A stretch of DNA of 64,000 bases from Patescibacteria group bacterium (lineage in GTDB: Bacteria > Patescibacteriota > Minisyncoccia > Phycocordibacterales > JAKAEA01). Under the pieces are notes generated by a model. It was not told the origin of the DNA. It saw only the letters and a list, made by a program, of their open reading frames with translations, and did not search any database. Shown here one piece after another: positions 29,506-37,575 of this stretch. The position numbers and the translations under genes were made by a program. Position 1 is the stretch's first letter. The number at the start of each line of letters is the position of its first letter. The DNA is taken from the NCBI GenBank assembly GCA_040387855.1, contig JAZKCY010000001.1, positions 25,334-89,333 of the forward strand, given 5' to 3'.

Positions 29506-31551
29506 TTATATCGCAGGTTTACCAAATCCTTCACGAACACGGTTGATAACTTGCTTGGCTGTGTAGTTTGGTCTCCAGTTATTAATATCATTTTTCATTG
29601 CTTCTTGTATAAGTGAGAGATAACCATCATTAGCATATTCAGGATGTGGATAGGTCACGCCAGTTATAGGAGAACTAACTGTTAATACATTACGAGCATC
29701 AACAATTCCTGTTGGGAATGAGTTTTGGGTAACAATAATATTACTTGAAGATTCCTTCCCTGTTCCACCGGGAGTAATACTTCCTTCTACCAATAGTGCT
29801 TTTGACCAGTTAAAGACGATATTATCTTTCAATGTTAAGTCATGAATTCCTACTGCAAGATGTGCATAATCCCCCACTCCACTTTCCAATTGTATTGCAG
29901 GAAAATTTGATCCAGTTCGGTTGTTTGCAATAATATTTCCTGAAGCCACAGTATTACCCCCTGGTTTAATATTTCCAAAAATAATACCAAACCCTCGCGG
30001 TTCACTGCCAATATTCTTAGCACCCACCATTACGTTGTTTGTAATTCGTCCTACTACACCATTTGGATGTCCTGTTCCACTACCGTTAACGAGCCCAAAT
30101 GATAAGTGGATTGCATTGTCATAAAAGAGGTTGTTTTCTACCACCCCACCTGCTCGTGCCTGAAGACCATGGCTTGATGCAAAAGCAAAGATGTTATTTC
30201 TGACCGTTACATTCCAATTGAGTGCATGAATATATGCATTGTGATTTCTTGTGGTTTCCCCTCCTCCATCGAGACGTCGTCCATTACTAAAAAACACATT
30301 ATCTTCTAATAGAATTCCATCAGTCTGATCTATATATAAACCTGAAGAGTCTCCGCCTGTTTTTGAATGACTATTTGTAATAACTGAGCGTCTCAATTTG
30401 AAGTTTCGGTTTTTATTATTGATTACAGAACCATCATTAGTTGTCATATTCAAGGTGATTCCCATTCGGAACCCTTCGATATAGGCATCCTCAATTGTTA
30501 CATCGTGAACTCCCTGACATCCTTCCATCGCAATTCCTTGATTGTTTGAAGTAGTTGTATGAAGATGAATACTTTGGATGAGGATATTACCAGTATTTGA
30601 GCAAATTCGAATTCCAGTTCCTTGTCCAGGAATTGAAATCTTTGGACGTGGTCCTGAACCATACGCCAACACCTTAACACCGTTTCTTCCGGTAAGATCA
30701 AATCCGGATGTCCATGTATCTCCTCGTTTGAGGTAGATAAAATCAGGGTTCTTTGTAAGAGCTTTGTTTATGCTTGAAATTGGGGCTGCCTCGGTTCCGG
30801 GATTACTGTCATTACCCGATGTGCTAACATATACTTTTTTACTTGTTGGTGATGGTGTGACTTGGGTAAAATTGTTTGAGTATGCTGGTTCTGGTTGTAC
30901 TGGTGGAGGTGTGTATGATGGACCTGGTTGTGTTCCACCTGGAATTGTTCCCCCTCCTCCTGTATTAGGGTTATAAACACCTGTGCTCCCTCCTGGAAGG
31001 CCCAACGGTCCACCACTGCTATCGCCAGGTACGTAGATTCCTGCATCTTCAGGATTATATTTAGGTAGTTCATATGATGCGGGTGTTCGTGGATTCAACT
31101 TTGGTCGAGGTACTCCTGGAACCTGTCTTCCTACACTTTCAGCGCCCTTTGAAACTGTATCTGGGTTAAGAGAAGAAGGGTTGAGTGTATAGATTATGAG
31201 CCAAGATCCAATTACGAGAATCAATCCCCACAAGGTTCTTTTAATTATATCTTTACCTTCTCTTTTACCTGTAATAGCATCACTCGACATATAGAGAATT
31301 CCACCATATACAAGCATAAATACAGCAATAACTCCTGATATGCTCACGAGAATTCTGTACATCGAATTTGCATAGACACTCAATCCATTTTCAGCAGGTA
31401 ACGTTGCTCCAGTTTCTGTAGGAAGTGGTGCTAGGAATTGATATGCTTCTCCTACTTCCCCAGCTGCAAATACATGAGCGATTGGAAAAAGTAGTGCACA
31501 CACTACTCCTATAACTACAATCTTAAAACTATTATTGAGTAGGTGTTTCAT
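29506..31551 (-). CDS. VirB2/T4SS-pilin-like domain fused through a Gly/Pro linker to a beta-helix module
   Basis: Signal peptide; two hydrophobic helices with IAVFMLVYGGILYMSS...GKDIIKRTLWGLILVIGSWLIIYTLNP pilin pattern; C-terminal ~450 aa paralogous to the 998-aa and 901-aa proteins. Confidence 0.8.
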   Translation of the reverse strand: MKHLLNNSFKIVVIGVVCALLFPIAHVFAAGEVGEAYQFLAPLPTETGATLPAENGLSVYANSMYRILVSISGVIAVFMLVYGGILYMSSDAITGKREGKDIIKRTLWGLILVIGSWLIIYTLNPSSLNPDTVSKGAESVGRQVPGVPRPKLNPRTPASYELPKYNPEDAGIYVPGDSSGGPLGLPGGSTGVYNPNTGGGGTIPGGTQPGPSYTPPPVQPEPAYSNNFTQVTPSPTSKKVYVSTSGNDSNPGTEAAPISSINKALTKNPDFIYLKRGDTWTSGFDLTGRNGVKVLAYGSGPRPKISIPGQGTGIRICSNTGNILIQSIHLHTTTSNNQGIAMEGCQGVHDVTIEDAYIEGFRMGITLNMTTNDGSVINNKNRNFKLRRSVITNSHSKTGGDSSGLYIDQTDGILLEDNVFFSNGRRLDGGGETTRNHNAYIHALNWNVTVRNNIFAFASSHGLQARAGGVVENNLFYDNAIHLSFGLVNGSGTGHPNGVVGRITNNVMVGAKNIGSEPRGFGIIFGNIKPGGNTVASGNIIANNRTGSNFPAIQLESGVGDYAHLAVGIHDLTLKDNIVFNWSKALLVEGSITPGGTGKESSSNIIVTQNSFPTGIVDARNVLTVSSPITGVTYPHPEYANDGYLSLIQEAMKNDINNWRPNYTAKQVINRVREGFGKPAI

Positions 31552-32524
31552 AATTAATTAAAATGTTTTGTGATTCTGATTGCAAAATGTTTGGAATACT
31601 ACTTACCTCTACTCCCACCTGGGTTTTTCCTGAAGTAGTTCCATTCGGACGACGTAGTAGGAGTGTGCTTTCTGAGGTATTCAAATCTGTACCATTGATA
31701 CTCCACACAAAAGAAAGTGTAGGTGTTCCTCCTCTAAAGTCTGTAGAGAAGTTGTAAGGTACGGCACGAAGGCTTATTTCTTCTTGCTCAAGACTACCCT
31801 GTGTACTTAGTGCTCTGTTGTAGAGGGTCCCATAAAGCGGACTCTGTGCATAAAATATTACTGATGGTTGTACGGGTGTAAGATTTAAAGACTGTGTTGC
31901 AATTTGTGATCCGTCAGATGTGGATACAGATACAGAAATATTTATGTTTTTGATTACTATGTCGCCTGTTACTGTAATAGTGTCTTTCCCATAGCCAGAG
32001 GCATCATTTATGAGTTTTCCATCATACTGCCATCGATAAACAAGTTTTTTTCGATCAACTGGTTTATTGCCTACTCGAATATCTGGAATTGCAGTTACTA
32101 CTACATTGCCTTGATATGGAAACTGAGCTTTCCCTTTAAAAAAAGGTGGAGTATATGAATCTGCTTGCCAAATAAGATCTACCGTTGATGGTTGGATGAT
32201 GAAACTTGCATCAGCATTTCCTGCCACAACAGTAACTATTGTCTTAGAATTAGCAGATTGACCTTCTAATGTAAAATAGCGCTCCCCTATTCCTTCAAGT
32301 TTTTTTACGCCATTAACTTCCCAGGTAATTAATGTTGTATTGAGATCAAATGAAAATGATTCTGCGGTAAATGTTACTGATTGACCGGGCTTTGGAGTTT
32401 GTGGACTAGCTCGAAGTGTAATTGATTCACTAAATGAAGGTGGTGTCTGTGCTAAACCAACATGAGCAAAACTCATGCTAAAAATAGAAACAATAATTAA
32501 GGTACTTAAACCCTTCTTAAACAT
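31532..32524 (-). CDS. Secreted protein with tandem Ig-like beta-sandwich repeats
   Basis: Signal peptide; ITWEVNG, YRWQYDG, FVWSING repeats. Confidence 0.6.
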   Translation of the reverse strand: MFKKGLSTLIIVSIFSMSFAHVGLAQTPPSFSESITLRASPQTPKPGQSVTFTAESFSFDLNTTLITWEVNGVKKLEGIGERYFTLEGQSANSKTIVTVVAGNADASFIIQPSTVDLIWQADSYTPPFFKGKAQFPYQGNVVVTAIPDIRVGNKPVDRKKLVYRWQYDGKLINDASGYGKDTITVTGDIVIKNINISVSVSTSDGSQIATQSLNLTPVQPSVIFYAQSPLYGTLYNRALSTQGSLEQEEISLRAVPYNFSTDFRGGTPTLSFVWSINGTDLNTSESTLLLRRPNGTTSGKTQVGVEVSSIPNILQSESQNILINYETPTQ

Positions 32525-32552
32525 ATAAATAAGTATACACTAGTGTCCGCTG

Positions 32553-33686
32553 TTACGCTGCTCTTTTATTCCCCAATGCTGGCATAGGTCGAGATGTCTG
32601 TGGTCGAATTTGCATTGGTTTACCCTGTTGTTGAGGTTGTCGAATATTTTGGAGTGGTTGTTGACGCATCATGGGACGCTCAGACGACTGAGAAGATCGT
32701 GACCCACTATTTCCATCATAATAAGAAGTATTTTCTCGCTGCCGTTCAACTGCATAATCATCTTCTTCATCTTGCATGCCTTGAAGTTGCTGATTATATT
32801 CAATAGCCATCTGCCGTTTTTGCTCATTTTTAGCATGCATAGCAGCTGCTTCTGCTTTCATTTTTATCATTTTATTCCTTGTACGTGTAGCAATGAAGGT
32901 TGTCATTATCGTACCTACAATAGTCCAAGGAATCCAACTAATAAATGGCAGCCAGCTCAATATTGAACATATAATATATACACCAAAGATTTTTGGCATC
33001 AATATTAATTTCCCAAACTTTTTTAAAAGTACGGCAACCCACAGAATAGAATACATAATACCTGTAAGGGTACCCATAAGTGGTAGAAGTCCGATTGCCC
33101 AGAAAATAACTGAGCAAACTGCCAATCGAGCAGTAATCGACATGTTTTTCATGAAGCCTTTGGGAGTAAAATGGATGTGTTTAGCCATTTTCTTAGCAGC
33201 ACCGCGCACTCGTGATCCAGCACTCTTTATGTTTTTTCCAGCATTTTCGGCAGATGCACTGAGTTTTTTTGTGGCTTTTGCTGTTTCTTCTGCTAATTTT
33301 CCTCCAGCCTCCAGTCCTTTTCCTGCAAATTGTGCACCGATTGAGGCTCCTTTACCCAATGCTCCTACAGCAATCATAGGCACACCCACGACAGCACCTA
33401 CTGCAGTAGCACTAGCAGCTTTACCTGCATTCATGAGTGCATCACTGCCTGCTCCAGTGGCTTTTGCTGCTGCTTGTACACCTTTACCAACGTTTTTCAC
33501 TCCCTTTCCTGCAATCTCTCCTGCTTGGCTTGCATGTTTTGCAGTTGCAGCTGAATGTTGCACCATTGAACCAACACGTTCAACGTTTCTGCCTGCATGA
33601 TCTACACGTTGAGACATGTGATGAGCTTCCCGTTGGCGTGGGCTTTTTTCAAACTCAGATGGTTCTGATCGTTTTATTCCATCCAT
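32553..33686 (-). CDS. Membrane protein with Ala/Gly/Lys-rich amphipathic N-terminus and 3-4 TM segments
   Basis: Long ORF directly downstream of and co-directional with virB4. Confidence 0.6.
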   Translation of the reverse strand: MDGIKRSEPSEFEKSPRQREAHHMSQRVDHAGRNVERVGSMVQHSAATAKHASQAGEIAGKGVKNVGKGVQAAAKATGAGSDALMNAGKAASATAVGAVVGVPMIAVGALGKGASIGAQFAGKGLEAGGKLAEETAKATKKLSASAENAGKNIKSAGSRVRGAAKKMAKHIHFTPKGFMKNMSITARLAVCSVIFWAIGLLPLMGTLTGIMYSILWVAVLLKKFGKLILMPKIFGVYIICSILSWLPFISWIPWTIVGTIMTTFIATRTRNKMIKMKAEAAAMHAKNEQKRQMAIEYNQQLQGMQDEEDDYAVERQRENTSYYDGNSGSRSSQSSERPMMRQQPLQNIRQPQQQGKPMQIRPQTSRPMPALGNKRAA

Positions 33687-33696
33687 AGACTAATGT

Positions 33697-35502
33697 TTAA
33701 TTTCCCAATTCTTCTTTTGCTTTTCGAATAGCGAGGATTTGAGATGGATCTGAGGTAATGATTTGATCTTCTGTATATGAAGCAATAATTTTGACAGCTA
33801 CGTGTTTTACACCGGCAAAGAAGATCCCTTCCCCTACTCCTGATTCTAAAAGAAGATATTTTTCTTCATCTGTAAGATTGAACGTTGCCTGAAGCTTATC
33901 AATAGATGTTGGAGACTGCTTCAAAAGCATTTGGATAGATGAGTTGGTAATAATTGGCATACCGTAAGGAGATTTTAGGAAGTCATCTACGTCTTGAGTA
34001 ATTGTCGCGAGTCCAAGATAATATTTTCGTCCTCGTTTTGCTAAAGAAAGCAAGAATGAAGCCGTATCTTCTGATTTCATCATCCACCAAGCCTCGTCGA
34101 TAACAAGCAATCGCTTTTTAATATCACGTCGAATTGCATTCCAAATGTAGTGAGTCACAATATACATTGCGATTGGTTTCAATTCGTCTTCCATGTCTCG
34201 CACTGAGAACACTATGAACTTTTTGTTCATATCTACGTTTGTAGGACGGTTGATAAATCCTGACCATGTTCCTTTTGTGTATTTGGTCATTCGTTGAGCC
34301 AGTGACTCCCCTCCTTCCATACCTGCAAGCACCAATTCGAAGTCTGAAAGTAGAGGTGGTTCTATATTTGAGAAATCTGATTCAGGTGTAATATCTTTAA
34401 GAGCATATGTTTCGGTAATTGCTCGATCAATAATTGCATCTTCTTCAGGTGAAAGACCTCCAAGCATGATTCGGAAGAGTCCTACGAGGTTAATGATATT
34501 TGATCGCAATACTGATGAAGATGATTCATCTTCATGGATAGGTGGAAGATCAAATGGATTGATATGGTGCTCTGAGTTTAAAGAAATATTGAAATAGCGG
34601 CCTCCAGTAGCTTCTGCAAGGTATTCATATTCTCGCTCTGGGTCAATTACAATCACATCAGCATCAAACATTAATGTACGCACAATTTCGAGCTTTGTAG
34701 CGTATGATTTACCAGATCCAGACTTAGCAAATGTGATTGAGTTGTAGTTTTCAAGAGAAAAACGATCAAACAACACAAGACTAGAATTATGACGGTTAAT
34801 TCCATAGAGTATTCCCTTATCTGAAGTAAGATCGAATGATACGAATGGGAAAATACTTGAAAGTGGTGTTGAGTTAATTTTAGAATTTACGGCAAGACCA
34901 TCGTTTCCAAGTGGGAGCATACTTTTAAAGCCTTGTTCTTGTTGAAACAGAGCAGGTTTAATGTATACAAGCTTTGATTCAAGAATAGATTTAATTTCTG
35001 ACTCTATCTTATCGAGTTCTGCATCAGATTCACCATAAATAGACAAATAAAGGCCAACATCAAAGAGTTTCTCTTGTGCTTGTTGAAGATTGTCTCGAAG
35101 GTTTTCAAGATCCTGATATGCAGTATCAAGCATAGGGTCACGTACTAGGCCCTTCTCTTCTCGAATAGAAATCTGACTTTGAATTTCTGCTACCTTCTTT
35201 TGAAAGTGTCGGAGGATTGTAGCTGTCTCAATTGGGTGAATAAAAATAGAAATATCAAAAATCCGATCGAGATTAATGATTGGAGAGAACCAGTTTTCAG
35301 AAAGAAATCGTGGATATGAAATAACAAAAAATGTTCGAACTATCTTGTCCCCTAAGTTTAGGGATCGAGGTGAAATTTTTAATGCAGAAGGAGCAATAAT
35401 ATCTTTAAGTTCTAATGCAGATGCTTCGTAAATTTGCTGAGGTAACGCAGAACTAATATCAGCCTGTGAATCTTTTTTATTAAATAAGTTAAATAGTCCC
35501 AT
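33697..35502 (-). CDS. virB4: VirB4-like T4SS ATPase
   Basis: GILYGINRHNSSLVLFDRFSLENYN, AKSGSGKS Walker A, IDPEREY, INPFD, IDEAW Walker B, KRGRKY, ITQDV. Confidence 0.88.
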   Translation of the reverse strand: MGLFNLFNKKDSQADISSALPQQIYEASALELKDIIAPSALKISPRSLNLGDKIVRTFFVISYPRFLSENWFSPIINLDRIFDISIFIHPIETATILRHFQKKVAEIQSQISIREEKGLVRDPMLDTAYQDLENLRDNLQQAQEKLFDVGLYLSIYGESDAELDKIESEIKSILESKLVYIKPALFQQEQGFKSMLPLGNDGLAVNSKINSTPLSSIFPFVSFDLTSDKGILYGINRHNSSLVLFDRFSLENYNSITFAKSGSGKSYATKLEIVRTLMFDADVIVIDPEREYEYLAEATGGRYFNISLNSEHHINPFDLPPIHEDESSSSVLRSNIINLVGLFRIMLGGLSPEEDAIIDRAITETYALKDITPESDFSNIEPPLLSDFELVLAGMEGGESLAQRMTKYTKGTWSGFINRPTNVDMNKKFIVFSVRDMEDELKPIAMYIVTHYIWNAIRRDIKKRLLVIDEAWWMMKSEDTASFLLSLAKRGRKYYLGLATITQDVDDFLKSPYGMPIITNSSIQMLLKQSPTSIDKLQATFNLTDEEKYLLLESGVGEGIFFAGVKHVAVKIIASYTEDQIITSDPSQILAIRKAKEELGN

Positions 35503-35515
35503 TCTCGTTAATATG

Positions 35516-36154
35516 CTAGTTTATTTTGATTGGCTTTTCTGTGTCTCCAGGATTGAATAACTTATAGAAAAGCTCTACTACCTCTTCTGTTCCGAGCTGC
35601 ACGACTCTAATCCCGCATCGCACAAGTCCCTGCTCTACAACTGATACACGCTCTTCGAGCTGTGCTCTATTTTCTTCATATATTTCATCATCCCGGCGCT
35701 TTACTTCTGCGGCTCCCTTACTTCGCTTGAAAAAGCTTAATGGACTAGCCCCCTGACTAATAGAAGGGCTATAAGGAACAACAATAAAGAAACTCTTAGT
35801 CATAATATTTGTAGTTTCAGTAAAGTTCTTTATGAAGTTTATATATTCTTGGGTCTGAATTTTCAAAAGATCAATAACCTGTTCTTTAAGGCGGTTCTCA
35901 AGAAGGGCTAGATATGGCCGGATATCAAGCTTTCGTGATTGTACAAAGATCTGAATAGAAAAATCTAATGAGTTTAAAAAGTCCTGGAACTGATAGAGAG
36001 TGGCATTTTGCTCTTCTTCAGATTTCAACGCAAAGTTTACTGAAGATGCTAAAACAATAGCTCGCATAGATCCATCTTTAAGGATTGCATATCCATCACG
36101 TATTTCTTTAATGGGAACAAATTCTTGAGTTGCCTTGCCAGGTTGTGAAGCCAT
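35516..36154 (-). CDS. VirB4-associated conserved protein (TraC/VirB4 N-terminal-like)
   Basis: SSVNFALKSEEEQ...FLNSLDFSIQI; lies between prgI and virB4. Confidence 0.7.
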   Translation of the reverse strand: MASQPGKATQEFVPIKEIRDGYAILKDGSMRAIVLASSVNFALKSEEEQNATLYQFQDFLNSLDFSIQIFVQSRKLDIRPYLALLENRLKEQVIDLLKIQTQEYINFIKNFTETTNIMTKSFFIVVPYSPSISQGASPLSFFKRSKGAAEVKRRDDEIYEENRAQLEERVSVVEQGLVRCGIRVVQLGTEEVVELFYKLFNPGDTEKPIKIN

Positions 36155-36203
36155 GATTACATTGTACCATGATCATGAACTACTCTCGTATATAAAATGT
36201 GAA

Positions 36204-36656
36204 TTACTTTTGGAGTGGACTCTTACTTCCCTCTTTTGTAACGGGATTTAAGGCTTCTTTTGTATCGAGACTCCAGCTTAAATCTTTTAGTTTACTATCT
36301 GAAAGCTTTGGAATAAATGCAGATGTTGGATCTGAATCTACAGCTGCATCTTTTTTAGCTGCCATTATTTGGCGTTGTTCATGTCTCCAGATATAGAGTT
36401 TGGGATTTACTAAATAATTAAATGCTGATTCTAATACTACAATGAGAGGCTTGTTGTTAATTCTATAGAATGCAAACATTCCTGAAATTGCGCAGATTGG
36501 AAGTATAACTACGAGTGCTAGTAAGAAGCTTGGTATAAAAAGATAGGCAATAACAGACATCCCTGCCCCTCCGGCAAGATAAATAAACTGTTTGAGGGTG
36601 AGTGGCCCAAAGATCTTATCTTCAACTTCTATAAATTGAGGAATTTGAAACCGCAT
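36204..36656 (-). CDS. prgI: PrgI family (VirB3-like) protein
   Basis: MRFQIPQFIEVEDKIFGPLTLKQFIYL followed by two TM helices. Confidence 0.85.
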   Translation of the reverse strand: MRFQIPQFIEVEDKIFGPLTLKQFIYLAGGAGMSVIAYLFIPSFLLALVVILPICAISGMFAFYRINNKPLIVVLESAFNYLVNPKLYIWRHEQRQIMAAKKDAAVDSDPTSAFIPKLSDSKLKDLSWSLDTKEALNPVTKEGSKSPLQK

Positions 36657-36696
36657 AGTTGTTCTATGCGGTTCATTATATCATATTTAATTTTTA

Positions 36697-37575
36697 TTAT
36701 GCTGTGGGTGGTTCTCTGTAGGGATCAGATCCATCTCTAGGTTTATTCTTCGCGCCCAAGTTCATTTCTTCTGTTGGAACTCGTGATGTTCCTTGGAGTT
36801 TTGATTGAAATATACTTGTAGGTGTAGGACCTGTTGGGATATTTTGTGGTGGCTCAGGATTAATTCGTTGTATTGGAACTTGAACTGGTGTTGATACTGG
36901 TTTTACAGGTTCAATATGTGGAGTTGGGATTGGCGCCGGTCCTGACATAAAGTGATCTCTCAATAAGTGGTCTGAAGGAGTGGATGGAAATACGGGTGGA
37001 GGTGTTGGAACGCCTGTATTTATAGTGATTTTAGGATATGTTGTGCTAGGACTTGAGTGTGCTGTATCAGTTGAAGGTCTGTTTTTGGGCATTAATGGCA
37101 CTGGGCCATCAGTCTTATATCCCCCAACGGTTGGTGAGTCTGGAAAGTTAAGAGTGATTTTTGGTCGAGGTGCAGTTTGTTGTGTAGAAGATGGTGAAAC
37201 AGCACCTGTACTTAGTGGATTCACTGCTTGTGCAGTATCCCCTATTTCTCCCATAGCCTCAGCCATGAGCATAAATACTGGTTCTAAAAGTATTGCATCG
37301 ATATCAATGAGAAGATCTTGCGCATCATCCTCATTAAGATTGTATCCATTTTGAATTTCAACAAGAAATTCTTGAACCGGCATGATTCCAACAAGAAGTG
37401 CAAATACTAGTTGATCAAAATCTCCTAACTTAATTGGGGGAATGTAGAAATCATCTGCAATACCGTAAATTTCTGATGTTACTTCTTCAGACATAATGAA
37501 TTCCTGAAGTGATGGAGGAAGTTCATTAAATGCTGCATCTAGTTGTTCGGAGGTGTATTTCATAATTATAGCCAA
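36697..37575 (-). CDS. Hypothetical protein: acidic helical N-domain, Pro/Thr-rich linker, C-terminal DPYREP motif
   Basis: Long ORF inside the co-directional cluster. Confidence 0.7.
   Translation of the reverse strand: MAIIMKYTSEQLDAAFNELPPSLQEFIMSEEVTSEIYGIADDFYIPPIKLGDFDQLVFALLVGIMPVQEFLVEIQNGYNLNEDDAQDLLIDIDAILLEPVFMLMAEAMGEIGDTAQAVNPLSTGAVSPSSTQQTAPRPKITLNFPDSPTVGGYKTDGPVPLMPKNRPSTDTAHSSPSTTYPKITINTGVPTPPPVFPSTPSDHLLRDHFMSGPAPIPTPHIEPVKPVSTPVQVPIQRINPEPPQNIPTGPTPTSIFQSKLQGTSRVPTEEMNLGAKNKPRDGSDPYREPPTA

Noticed and set aside
32893-33600. 235-aa plus-strand ORF
   Set aside because: Antisense shadow of an Ala/Gly-rich gene in a minus-strand operon
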